Of a stretch of 64,000 bases of DNA, positions 20,083 through 28,821 are shown in pieces. Position numbers and translations under genes: made by a program. The first letter of the stretch is position 1. Every line of letters starts with the position of its first letter. The DNA comes from a virus (Duplodnaviria > Caudoviricetes), in IMG/VR virus record IMGVR_UViG_3300049320_000001, positions 17,655 through 81,654 of that record; one strand, 5' to 3'. A model generated the notes under the pieces. That model saw nothing but the letters and a program-made list of their open reading frames with translations. It was not told where the DNA came from and ran no database searches.

Positions 20083-20123
20083 AGCAAGAGGGGCCAGGAG
20101 TTGGAATCCCTGGCCCCTCTTGC
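20083..20123. terminator. Strong hairpin, probable terminator
   Basis: GCAAGAGGGGCCAGG...CCTGGCCCCTCTTGC 15-bp perfect stem just after the stop of the 20125 gene. Confidence 0.7.
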
Positions 20124-20124
20124 A

Positions 20125-21315
20125 TCAGACCCCGATGGTCTGGCGCTCGCGCTGGTTGGCTTCCTCTGCTGCGAAGAAGCGCTCCAGTTCGGCGTCAGTC
20201 GGCTCCCTGGTCCCCCAGTGGACGTTGGCCTTGGCCAAGATCTCGTCCTCATCGATCTGGAGGTGGAGCATCTGCTGGATCATGTGATCCTCGTGCGGGA
20301 GGTGTCCGGCGACGAGACCGAACTGCTCCATCGTGCGATCGATCCTGGACACGGAGTGGACGCAGAACGCGGCCTCGCCCTTGCCAGGATCGGTGCGGCT
20401 GACGACTCGCCGGATGTTGCCCGACGAACCCTTGTGGATGCGGTACAGCCGCCCCTTGGAGCCCACCACGTGGAAGTAGTTGAACCTTGCGTACTCCTCA
20501 CGCTGCTCCTCGGTGAGCAGGCCCAGGAGAGTCCCCAGAGCCCGCTCGGAGGCCGACTGCGTTGCCAGCCGCTCTGCCTCGACCCGCTGGAAGAGAGCCA
20601 GGGCTTCCGCCTGCTGGCGGGCCTGCCTCTCCTCGGGAGTCTCGACAGGCCGTGCGTAGGTCAGTCCTCTACGAGCGACTTCCCGCTGAACATCGGCACC
20701 GTTGTACGCCTGGACGCCGTAGCCCACCCAGTTCCGCTCCCAGATCGTCTGGTTGGCAATGTAGGCGTTGGTGGAGATGGTGTACTGCTCGTTCCATCTA
20801 CTCCAGGTGTAGGTATCGGTCATCAGCGTCACCGTGTTCGTCATGGCCGCTGTGGGCAGCCCGTTGATGTTGAAGATGTACTGCCCAGCGGTGTTGGTGG
20901 TACTGGACGTCATGGTGATCTCGAAGGGATGGTCTCGGACATGTGTGTAGAACCTGGTGACCCCGCCTGTTCCTTCGTGACGCACCAGCCCCAGCGTGTC
21001 GTAGCCCCTGTTCACCGTGACGGTCTGGTTGACCGGCCTGGAGTACGTGGACACTGGGGGATGACGGATGATCTCCGTCATCTTCCGGTACCGCTCTGCC
21101 CACTGTCGCCGCCCGGTGTCCCAGGGCTGCTTGGCGGGAGAGTGAGCCACCAGGACCGTGTCCTCACCCTTGGGCCGGGTGCGGAGGACCCTGTTGCATC
21201 GAGCGCACGATCCGTATCCACCGCTGTAGTGCTGCTTGCCGTTCCGCAGCGGGTAGTAGTGGATGGCCTTGTAGATCGTGGCTGGGGCTTCACCAGCCCC
21301 CTGGCACTTAGCCAC
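20125..21315 (-). CDS. Partner of the GG-ending protein; C-terminal domain with conserved-looking C-x-H (possible E2-like fold)
   Basis: GTG start overlaps the GGT GGC TAA end of the upstream gene; Thr/Trp-rich middle, coiled coil, then LLTEEQ..YFHVVGSKGRLYRI..FCVH..D..IQQML.LQIDEDE.L..AN. Confidence 0.6.
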   Translation of the reverse strand: MAKCQGAGEAPATIYKAIHYYPLRNGKQHYSGGYGSCARCNRVLRTRPKGEDTVLVAHSPAKQPWDTGRRQWAERYRKMTEIIRHPPVSTYSRPVNQTVTVNRGYDTLGLVRHEGTGGVTRFYTHVRDHPFEITMTSSTTNTAGQYIFNINGLPTAAMTNTVTLMTDTYTWSRWNEQYTISTNAYIANQTIWERNWVGYGVQAYNGADVQREVARRGLTYARPVETPEERQARQQAEALALFQRVEAERLATQSASERALGTLLGLLTEEQREEYARFNYFHVVGSKGRLYRIHKGSSGNIRRVVSRTDPGKGEAAFCVHSVSRIDRTMEQFGLVAGHLPHEDHMIQQMLHLQIDEDEILAKANVHWGTREPTDAELERFFAAEEANQRERQTIGV

Positions 21316-21598
21316 CGACCAACTGCGGGGCCATGATGATCTTCTCGGCGGTCGGGTCGAAGGTGTCGATCCGCTCGCCCTTCTCGCCCTGCGCGTTGAC
21401 CTTGTAGGCCAGGTAGCGCTTCTCCTTGAGGGCCTCGAACTGCTTCTTGGCAGCCGCGACCTCGTCGGGGTTGTCCTTGCTCCACATGAATCGAGAGTCA
21501 CCCGATCCGTCGAGCACGTACAGGCCGTGCTGACCCTGGGCCAGGACCTCGTTCTCGGCCTGGCTGGCGGTCATCTTCTCGCTTGCGGTGGTGGTCAT
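21308..21598 (-). CDS. Ubiquitin-like (beta-grasp pattern) protein ending in Gly-Gly
   Basis: Pattern beta-beta-alpha-beta-beta-beta then PQLVGG*; AAGG RBS. Confidence 0.6.
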   Translation of the reverse strand: MTTTASEKMTASQAENEVLAQGQHGLYVLDGSGDSRFMWSKDNPDEVAAAKKQFEALKEKRYLAYKVNAQGEKGERIDTFDPTAEKIIMAPQLVGG

Positions 21599-21756
21599 GG
21601 TGCCCTTTCAGAGTCATCAGTTTCAGTGGATAGCCCTGGAAACATCTCGTCCAGGATCTTGTCGAGCCGTTCCTTTACTTCTGGTTCTTCGAGCCGAGCC
21701 CAGTCCTCCTTGGTGTGTGGTTGGGGAAACCCCAAGAGGCAGAGTGGGCAGGGCAC

Positions 21757-22548
21757 CTAGACGTCCTTGAACATCGCCTCCACGGCCTTCTTCTTGGCCT
21801 CCTGGGCGAGGTCGTAGGCCTTGCTGTAGCCGACCTTGCCGTCGCCCTGGACGTCACCGTCCTCGTCGCGGGTGAGGTTCTCGTCGTCCACCTGGGGCTC
21901 GGACTCCCAGACGATGCCGCCGTCGTAGTGGACCTGACCGACGTGGCCAGCCTTGACCTGAACTACATGAAGAGTGAACATGGCTTCCGTTTCTGTGAGA
22001 AGTGCTTCGAGGTCCTTGGGTGTTTCTGTGAGTAGTGCTGTGGTGTCCTTGGACTTGACGTCCTTGATCAGGTCCGTTTCGTATACCGTCTTCTTCTTGC
22101 GCTCGGTGCAGTCGCGGCACTCTGCCTTGCAGACTGGAACGCCGTACTGCGAACGCACAGGAGAGGTCGTCGCTGAGACGACGTAGGCATGACCGACGCA
22201 GGCGTAAGTGATCCCGCTGATCGTCTGGACGTTGGTCCGCTTCACCATCGTGAAGGTGTCACCGACCTTGAGGTTGAAGTCCTGTGCGGGCTTCCCCTCG
22301 TCCCTGTCCAGCCACTCGATCACCGTTCCCGGCACGAAGGCTGAGACGTACTTCCTGTCGTAGCCGGGGAACTTGGCGATGACCCTCTGGTGTGGGGGTT
22401 CATAGGTGCTGTAGGTGTCGACCACACCCTCTGCCCCACGCCATGGTGTGGTGGTACCCACCCACGGGCGATGGCCTTCCTCGATGATCCTGATCCGTTC
22501 CCCGATCTTCGGCTGGAAGTCCGGGGGTCCTGTTGTTCTGAGAACCAT
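21757..22548 (-). CDS. Hypothetical protein
   Basis: GGAGG RBS before MVLRTTG. Confidence 0.55.
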   Translation of the reverse strand: MVLRTTGPPDFQPKIGERIRIIEEGHRPWVGTTTPWRGAEGVVDTYSTYEPPHQRVIAKFPGYDRKYVSAFVPGTVIEWLDRDEGKPAQDFNLKVGDTFTMVKRTNVQTISGITYACVGHAYVVSATTSPVRSQYGVPVCKAECRDCTERKKKTVYETDLIKDVKSKDTTALLTETPKDLEALLTETEAMFTLHVVQVKAGHVGQVHYDGGIVWESEPQVDDENLTRDEDGDVQGDGKVGYSKAYDLAQEAKKKAVEAMFKDV

Positions 22549-22655
22549 GTTCCTCCCTATGTGATGGGTGCGGGGTACCACTCCCGCTCCTGGGTAGGTA
22601 CTCGTGACCCGGTGTCCTAGACGTCCTAGAAACACCGCCCAGCCCTTCCGGTCGC

Positions 22656-22796
22656 CTACTTCTTGAGGCTTCCCGGTCGCTTGGTTCCGACCTTGTCACT
22701 TGCTGACAGTGCCTCCCAAGCCTTGCGACGTGCTTCGAGCCCGAAGACGTTGTTCTTCTTCGGGCTCTTCCTGCGGAGTGCCTTCCTTCCCTTCAT
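22656..22796 (-). CDS. Small very basic protein
   Basis: GGAGG RBS; MKGRKALRRKSPKK.. Confidence 0.5.
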   Translation of the reverse strand: MKGRKALRRKSPKKNNVFGLEARRKAWEALSASDKVGTKRPGSLKK

Positions 22797-22803
22797 GTGC
22801 CTC

Positions 22804-24393
22804 CTAGACGGTCTTCTCGGGGACCTGGATCCGAGCCCAGTCCTCGTCCCCACCACGGTTGATGGTGGCGATGGACAGGGTGTCGCTCGTGGCCGAGGTG
22901 ACCAGGCCCTTCATGGCGGTGTGCAGCGAGTCCGGGATGTGGCCCTCGCTGGCACCGGTCATCAGGTCGTACTGCTTGCGGATGGACGTCGCCGCGTGGA
23001 CGAAGTCCTCCGTCCGCAGCACGTCCGGTGCCCCCTTCGTGCGGGAGATCGAGTAGCGGATCGTACGCCCGATGGCCTCCGCGATGAAGGCGGGGAGGAA
23101 GCCCTCCATCGCCTCACCGATGGCCTGGTAGTCGAGCGCCGTGTCCAACTTCTCGTCGGGCACGATGGCGTGGATCATCTTCTCCACGCCGGGGCTGTCG
23201 AGCGCCGAGATCTCGATGTAGGCGTCCGTACGACCCGAGCGGAGCATCCCCTTGTGGATGTTGTCCGCGTGGTTGGTCGTCATCACGCAGATCAACTGCG
23301 TGTTCTTCTTCTGGATGCCGTCGAACATCTCCAGCAACTGCGACACCTTGTCCGGGTCACCGCTCTGCGCGACCGTGTCGATGTCCTCGTAGAAGACGAC
23401 AGCGGGCTGGTAGAGCAGGGCGGTCTGCATGACCTCGCCCAGGTTGTCCTTGCCGGGGCGGCACTGGATGAAGGTCCAGCCGTTGTCCACGGCAACCTGC
23501 GCCGTGAGCATCGCCGCCAGGGACTTGCCGGTGCCGTAGGGACCAGCGAGGAGAGCGGACCGCTTGAGGGACTGCCCGTTCGCCACCTGGACCTCCGGGA
23601 ACCGGATGACGTCCCAGATGTTGGCCTCCAACTCCGTCTGGACGTGCTCGGAGTAGACGACCTTGGAGGGGTCCACCGTGAAGGGGTCGATGAACGTGGG
23701 CTGGGTGGCCCCCGTGATCGCTCGACCCTTGTAGATGGAGAACTCCTTCAGTTCGGCCTCGATCAACTTGAAGAGGCCCTGCACCTTGTTGCTGTGCTTG
23801 CGGTAGGTCTCGACGTGGAGCCGGAACAGGAGACCCAACTCGGCATCCTGCATCTGGTCCGTCGTGAGGGTGGCCTCCAGCGGCGGGAACTCGATGACAC
23901 CCCAGGGGACCTGGATCTGCTGGTCCACACCGCTGTCGATGGTGATCATGCGGGGCGGGTTCTTCCCGAAGAGGGAGAACGTCGCCTGCGCGATCCCCGT
24001 CGTGCCGAAGTTGCGCTTGAGCGCCGACTGGAGCGCCGCAGCACCATCCCAGGGCCGGTACTTGAAGGTCTGGGTGAAGGTCGTGACCTCCTCCTTCTGG
24101 GCGATGCGCTTCTCCCAGAACTTGAGCACCTCCCGGTCCTTGCCCTCGTACTGGGTCGGCACGACCCACTTGCCACCGTCGTCGTAGACGACGTCGTCGT
24201 CTCCGACCTGCTTGCCGCCGAGTTCTGCGAGGAGAGCCAGGAGGCGCTTCTCACCGATGCGGTCGGACTTGTCCTTGTCAGTGGGCACTTGGAACCTTTC
24301 GGGGTTGGTACCTACCTCAATGACGGGATTGTCACTGAGGAAGCGAATGACGCTCTTCTCGAACGCCTTGCTGCTGAACGTGACGCTGGCCAC
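22804..24393 (-). CDS. AAA+ ATPase (classical AAA clade, single module)
   Basis: Walker A GPYGTGKS, Walker B VVFYEDID, second region of homology MTTNH..MLRSGRTD. Confidence 0.9.
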   Translation of the reverse strand: MASVTFSSKAFEKSVIRFLSDNPVIEVGTNPERFQVPTDKDKSDRIGEKRLLALLAELGGKQVGDDDVVYDDGGKWVVPTQYEGKDREVLKFWEKRIAQKEEVTTFTQTFKYRPWDGAAALQSALKRNFGTTGIAQATFSLFGKNPPRMITIDSGVDQQIQVPWGVIEFPPLEATLTTDQMQDAELGLLFRLHVETYRKHSNKVQGLFKLIEAELKEFSIYKGRAITGATQPTFIDPFTVDPSKVVYSEHVQTELEANIWDVIRFPEVQVANGQSLKRSALLAGPYGTGKSLAAMLTAQVAVDNGWTFIQCRPGKDNLGEVMQTALLYQPAVVFYEDIDTVAQSGDPDKVSQLLEMFDGIQKKNTQLICVMTTNHADNIHKGMLRSGRTDAYIEISALDSPGVEKMIHAIVPDEKLDTALDYQAIGEAMEGFLPAFIAEAIGRTIRYSISRTKGAPDVLRTEDFVHAATSIRKQYDLMTGASEGHIPDSLHTAMKGLVTSATSDTLSIATINRGGDEDWARIQVPEKTV

Positions 24394-24759
24394 CTACGTG
24401 GCCTGTGGCACGTGCTGCCGGTAGGGGTCGCCAACGGCGTTCTCCTTGTAGGCAGCATGCACCAGGAAAGCCACGGTCAGGAGGTGATCGGTGATCAACT
24501 CCCTCTCGCGGCCTTGTTCGGGATGGTCAGCGAGGTACTGCTCGACCATCCGGTTGGCGAGGTCGTCCCACTTCTCGTGCTGGACGCCCTCCCCACACGG
24601 GTCACAGGCAAGCCAGGGGCCGGTGTTGGTCGCAGTGACCACCTTGGTCTGGCCGTCTTCGCTCCCGGCGAGGATGTCCGTCTGGAAGGACTTCGCCGGG
24701 AACGCCCAGGCTTGCTCGGGAAGGTTCGCGCCACAGAAGTCGCACTTACCTCCCTGCAT
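24394..24759 (-). CDS. Zn-finger hypothetical protein
   Basis: CDFC...WLACDPC motifs. Confidence 0.6.
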   Translation of the reverse strand: MQGGKCDFCGANLPEQAWAFPAKSFQTDILAGSEDGQTKVVTATNTGPWLACDPCGEGVQHEKWDDLANRMVEQYLADHPEQGRERELITDHLLTVAFLVHAAYKENAVGDPYRQHVPQAT

Positions 24760-25010
24760 CAGTTCCTCTTGTCCGCTCGCTGGGCGGAACAGGATTCGCA
24801 GTGCTGGTCGTCGTTGGAGACGTGCTGGTGGAACACGTCCTCGGTGTATCTGGACGGAACGATCTCCAGCGTGATCCCGTTGCGCTTCTGCTCGCTGCTA
24901 GGAGCGAGAGTCGCCTTCTCCAGGATCTCCTGGACGATCCCCCGGACCTGCTGCGTGTCCAGGATCCCCTTCGGATCCAGGATGTCGGTGAACACTCGGT
25001 ATCTGGGCAT
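24759..25010 (-). CDS. Hypothetical protein
   Basis: MPRYRVFTD start with GAGG RBS. Confidence 0.5.
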   Translation of the reverse strand: MPRYRVFTDILDPKGILDTQQVRGIVQEILEKATLAPSSEQKRNGITLEIVPSRYTEDVFHQHVSNDDQHCESCSAQRADKRN

Positions 25011-25620
25011 CAGCCTCTCTCTTCTGCCGTCGTGTGGCGGCGGATCGGGTGGCACGTTCAGCGCGGGCCTTGGCCTTCTCCTCTTCGGAGAGTGCCGCCC
25101 ACTCCTCACGTGCCTTCTGCCTGAGTTCGTACTTCCGAGGGGCATCGGGGTCGATCCCTCGGTTGATCAAACGAGCCCGGTAAGCCTGACGAGCCCGCTC
25201 CTTGCGCTGCTCCACTTCCTGCTCTGGCGTGAGAGGAGGTGGCTTGGGGCGGAACTCGTGCAGCATGTGCTTGCCGGTGTTGTTCACCTGGTACTTGCGG
25301 TCAGGACTGAGGCGTACCAATCCCTTCTCCGGATCCCTCTCGAAAGAGGGTCCCCGCATGACCTTCTTGGCGAAGGCACGACCTCCGACCCGCATCAAGA
25401 AGTCGATGTCGTGGTTCTTCTTGCGAGGTTGGAGCGGCTCACCAGGGTGCTCCCTGCGCCACGCCAGTTCGCGCTGCCTCTCGGCGGTGCGGATCGCCAG
25501 CCCAGGTGGACAGGCCTGTGTGCCGACACGAAGAGCGGCCTCGTAGGAGTGCCACTTCTCGTCCGACAGGAACTCCACCAAGGAGTGGTAGACGATCCCA
25601 CCCCTGCCCCTGGCAGGCAC
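24898..25620 (-). CDS. Basic, probable DNA-binding hypothetical protein
   Basis: Arg/Lys-rich; start abuts the stop of the ParB-like gene. Confidence 0.5.
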   Translation of the reverse strand: MPARGRGGIVYHSLVEFLSDEKWHSYEAALRVGTQACPPGLAIRTAERQRELAWRREHPGEPLQPRKKNHDIDFLMRVGGRAFAKKVMRGPSFERDPEKGLVRLSPDRKYQVNNTGKHMLHEFRPKPPPLTPEQEVEQRKERARQAYRARLINRGIDPDAPRKYELRQKAREEWAALSEEEKAKARAERATRSAATRRQKREADAQIPSVHRHPGSEGDPGHAAGPGDRPGDPGEGDSRS

Positions 25621-26627
25621 TAGGACTCCGTCTGGCGCTTCTTGACCAGTTCCGTGAGGGTGTCCAGGTGCTCCTTGGCAGTGGCGATGCGGGCCAGCAG
25701 GTCTGCCTCCTCCTGAGTGGCCACGGAGTCCAGGAAGGCCTGCTCCCTGTTGTACGCACCCTCGATGAAGCCGAAGGCGATGTACAGCGCCTGCTTGGGG
25801 GACTGGGCTCGACCCCGCTTGCCGAAGGCACCAGCCCCAGAGGCCTGGATGCGCGAACGGTTGGCAGCGATCAGGTCCTCGATGGCCTTCTTCTGGCGCA
25901 CCGTGGACCGCTCCTTGTTGAGGCGGCTTACCAGGTCATCGACCTCGTCCGTGTTGAACTTCGCACGGAAGACGAGGTCGCACGCCGCCGAGAAGGTCTC
26001 GTCCGACTGGATGGCTCCCAGTCGAGTGCGAGCCTGATTGGGCAGGGACTCCCACTTGCTGCGGAGCAGACCCACCTCCTCGGCCCGGTCATCGGCCTTG
26101 CTCTTGGCGTAGGCACGACGCAGGGCGTGGACGGTGACGTTGAGCCGAGCCGCCGCCACCTCCTGCGTGGTGCCGTTCTTGACCATGTAGATCGCGTGGC
26201 GGATGCGCTCGTCCACGCTGTTGGGGAGGCCGTGCTTGGCGTTGGCCTCGTAGGTCATCAACACGATGGTCTTGGGATCGGTCTTCGGGTCGATGATGTA
26301 GGCAGCCACCGTCTTCTTGCCCGCGATCTTCGCAGCCTGGAGTCGGTGGTTGCCGTCGATGGCGAGGTACTTGCCCTGGTCCTTGTAGCAGAGGACGCCG
26401 GGGAAGATGTCTCCCCGCTTCATGGCCTCGACGTAGGTCTCGACCTGCCCCTCGTTCAGGACCTGGTTGATGCGAGCCTGGTTCCTCAGGGAGAGGTCCA
26501 GGTCGAAGTCAGCCAGCGGCACCTCGGGGTCGAACTTGTAGACGACGGCCTTCTCGTCCAAGAAGGCTTCGATGTCCTGCCTTCGAGCGCGTTCGGCCTT
26601 CTTGGTTGCAGCAGCGGTAGTGGCCAC
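25620..26627 (-). CDS. ParB/Srx-like N-terminal domain protein with HTH
   Basis: GDIFPGVL..YLAIDGNHRLQAA motif; HTH-like TTQEVAAARLNVT. Confidence 0.75.
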   Translation of the reverse strand: MATTAAATKKAERARRQDIEAFLDEKAVVYKFDPEVPLADFDLDLSLRNQARINQVLNEGQVETYVEAMKRGDIFPGVLCYKDQGKYLAIDGNHRLQAAKIAGKKTVAAYIIDPKTDPKTIVLMTYEANAKHGLPNSVDERIRHAIYMVKNGTTQEVAAARLNVTVHALRRAYAKSKADDRAEEVGLLRSKWESLPNQARTRLGAIQSDETFSAACDLVFRAKFNTDEVDDLVSRLNKERSTVRQKKAIEDLIAANRSRIQASGAGAFGKRGRAQSPKQALYIAFGFIEGAYNREQAFLDSVATQEEADLLARIATAKEHLDTLTELVKKRQTES

Positions 26628-27133
26628 TAGAAACCCTCCGAATCGATGTCCACTTCGCCCAGACGGGCGAAGAGGTCCTTCATCTCAGCCTGCTCCTCAG
26701 GAGAGGGCTCCGGGGTCTTCTCCCGGAGCGGCTGAACAGGACGACGGTCCTCGGGGGCCTTCGCCTGCTCCTTCTCGTACTCCTGGCCAGCGATGAACAT
26801 CATCGCGCCGATACCGGCGAAGATGCCCCTGATGGCCGAGACGGGGTCTGCCTTGCCACTGGAGACGACCTGGTAGACCGCCTGCGCGCTGGCGTCGGTG
26901 ATCCCCAGGCAGACCCGGTAGAGCCCCTCGTACTCAGCAGACGGAGAAGAACCCGCCTGCACGAGGGTCATGCCGATGATCTGAGCCCGGTCGATGGCTT
27001 CGAGGATCGCGTCGAGCCCCTTCCGCTGCTCGTCGTCCAACCCCCCTCCGTAGATGTGGACCGGCATGACCATGCCGTCGCCGTTCTCCTCCAGTTGACG
27101 CATGAGGTCTTCCGGATCGAAGTCATCAGCCAT
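26627..27133 (-). CDS. Acidic hypothetical protein
   Basis: GAGG RBS; coupled to neighbours. Confidence 0.6.
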   Translation of the reverse strand: MADDFDPEDLMRQLEENGDGMVMPVHIYGGGLDDEQRKGLDAILEAIDRAQIIGMTLVQAGSSPSAEYEGLYRVCLGITDASAQAVYQVVSSGKADPVSAIRGIFAGIGAMMFIAGQEYEKEQAKAPEDRRPVQPLREKTPEPSPEEQAEMKDLFARLGEVDIDSEGF

Positions 27134-27383
27134 GTTCGGCCTCTTCCTCTCTGAGTTGCGCCCAGGCCTGTCCTAGACGCTGGACGATCTTGGCTGTCTC
27201 ACAAGGCCAAGGGGCCTTGCAAGCCTTGCAGTGGGTGAAGTCATCGGGCGAGTGGATGTCCGTCAACTTCACCAGTTCGGCAGCGGAGTGCAGGAAGAAC
27301 TGCATGACCTTGCTCAGTCGTGCCAGAGCCTCATGCGCCTCGTCCCGCCACCTTTCTGCCTCGGTCTTACGAGGTGGTGGCAT
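27126..27383 (-). CDS. Hypothetical protein with H..C..C..WPC.T zinc motif
   Basis: GGAGG RBS; HCKACKAPWPCET. Confidence 0.6.
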   Translation of the reverse strand: MPPPRKTEAERWRDEAHEALARLSKVMQFFLHSAAELVKLTDIHSPDDFTHCKACKAPWPCETAKIVQRLGQAWAQLREEEAEHG

Positions 27384-27588
27384 CACTGCCTCCTTCCTTG
27401 GAGTGGTCGTTATCGACGGGTGCGATCCACTGGAACAGCGGGAAGCCAGCACCCCCATAGACCTCGTGCCGAGGATCGCCAGGGTGTGTTTCACGCTCAC
27501 ACTGGAAGGACTCTCGACCCAGACCCTCAGGCATCCATTCATCACACTGAGGCTGGTCCTCCGGTCCAGAAGGCGACTTCTCAGCCAT
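27367..27588 (-). CDS. Small KSPS...NDHS family protein
   Basis: MAEKSPSG..DNDHSKEGG; shares terminal DNA motifs with 31602 and 33640. Confidence 0.55.
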   Translation of the reverse strand: MAEKSPSGPEDQPQCDEWMPEGLGRESFQCERETHPGDPRHEVYGGAGFPLFQWIAPVDNDHSKEGGSDATTS

Positions 27589-27745
27589 AACCCCTCCTCT
27601 TGCTGCGAAGCCCCTTGTACAAGACGTACAAGTAGAGGAGCGCCTTGGCCAAGGCCAGTGTCCACAGGACAAAGATGGCCAGCAGAACGAGGAAGAGCAC
27701 CACCAGGACGAACGCTGCTAGCGCCCACCCGATGACGGCCTCCAC
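27581..27745 (-). CDS. Small membrane protein
   Basis: Long hydrophobic stretch followed by a basic tail. Confidence 0.55.
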   Translation of the reverse strand: MEAVIGWALAAFVLVVLFLVLLAIFVLWTLALAKALLYLYVLYKGLRSKRRGYG

Positions 27746-27747
27746 GT

Positions 27748-28230
27748 CTAGTAGGCCGGGACGCGGGTGTAGACGGCCAGACGGCACTCGGAGTTCGCCA
27801 TGGCCTGCATCGCCAGGACGAGGTTGCCCTCCACCTGACCGTGCTTCCGCATCTTGCCCCGCCCGATCCAGGTGCAGCGGAAGGGACGGACGTAGTCCTC
27901 CTCGTGCTCCTCCCAGATCTTGTTGAGGGCCTCCGTGATCCTCTCGTAGCCCTCCTCCTCCCATCCTCTGGCAACGGAGTAGGAGATCACGCAGTGGAAC
28001 CAGACGTACTCGGCCTCGTCGTACCAGGAAACGACGTCACCGACCTTGCCCTTCGCGGACCCCAGGAGCGTGGTCCAGTGGTCCTCCGCGATCATGTTCA
28101 CGAGGGAGAACCCGACGCTCTCGTCCGGGTAGATCCCCTCCTCGTTCCCCGCGAAGATCACGTGGTCCTTGCGTCGAAGACCCTCCGTGATGTCGGTGTC
28201 TTCGTCGGTGTACATCTCGATGATGGACAT
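27748..28230 (-). CDS. Divergent macrodomain-like protein
   Basis: Order of elements fits macro fold: D-I-T, N..G..G, GDV..FHCV, YERITEAL, WIGRG, LAVY. Confidence 0.5.
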   Translation of the reverse strand: MSIIEMYTDEDTDITEGLRRKDHVIFAGNEEGIYPDESVGFSLVNMIAEDHWTTLLGSAKGKVGDVVSWYDEAEYVWFHCVISYSVARGWEEEGYERITEALNKIWEEHEEDYVRPFRCTWIGRGKMRKHGQVEGNLVLAMQAMANSECRLAVYTRVPAY

Positions 28231-28251
28231 GCAGGTAGTACCTCTTTCTGG

Positions 28252-28821
28252 TTAGGAGTTGTCTTCCAGGTCGTTGAAGTCGATGTCGCCGTGGCCACTG
28301 GACACGTGCCACACGTGGACCTGACCCGTGTCCGGGTCCGTCCACTCGAACGATCTCGCCAGGCGCACGCTCAGTTGCTCCTTGAACGACTCTCTGAGGC
28401 TGCGGCACATCCCGATGGGTACGTCGTACCGCCCTCTCTCCTTCCGGTCCTTGTCACTGGTGTCCGGGAAGTTCTCCAGTTGGAGGGTGAGGGAGAGCGT
28501 TGCCGACTCCATCTTGGGGGTGATGGTCAGGCCCACCTTGCCAAGGATGGAGTTCACCTCGGACACCCCGTCATCGCACCAGTCCGTGCCATAGGACTGG
28601 ACGATCTGGTTGACGACCTTCTGGACCTCCTCCTTGTAGACGTCGAGGGCGTCCTTGGGGACGGCGGCGGCACCCACCTGACGTCCCGTGGCCCTGGATC
28701 GAATGAGGTCCTCCAGGTCCTTCGGGACACTGTTGGACGCACCCAAGGACCTGGGAGCCATCCAGATGTTGGCCTGCTCGTTGCTGATCCCGAGTTCTCG
28801 GGTGAGTTCGTAGAGCCTCAT
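28252..28821 (-). CDS. Protein with N-terminal IF2_N-like HTH
   Basis: MRLYELTRELGISNEQ resembles the MRVYELAKELGVSSKE start of bacterial IF2. Confidence 0.55.
   Translation of the reverse strand: MRLYELTRELGISNEQANIWMAPRSLGASNSVPKDLEDLIRSRATGRQVGAAAVPKDALDVYKEEVQKVVNQIVQSYGTDWCDDGVSEVNSILGKVGLTITPKMESATLSLTLQLENFPDTSDKDRKERGRYDVPIGMCRSLRESFKEQLSVRLARSFEWTDPDTGQVHVWHVSSGHGDIDFNDLEDNS

Noticed and set aside
21756-27180. Recurrent CCTAGACG at 21756, 22615, 22802 and 27172
   Set aside because: Some copies simply span minus-strand TAG stops preceded by common codons, and no consistent spacing or regulatory context was evident.
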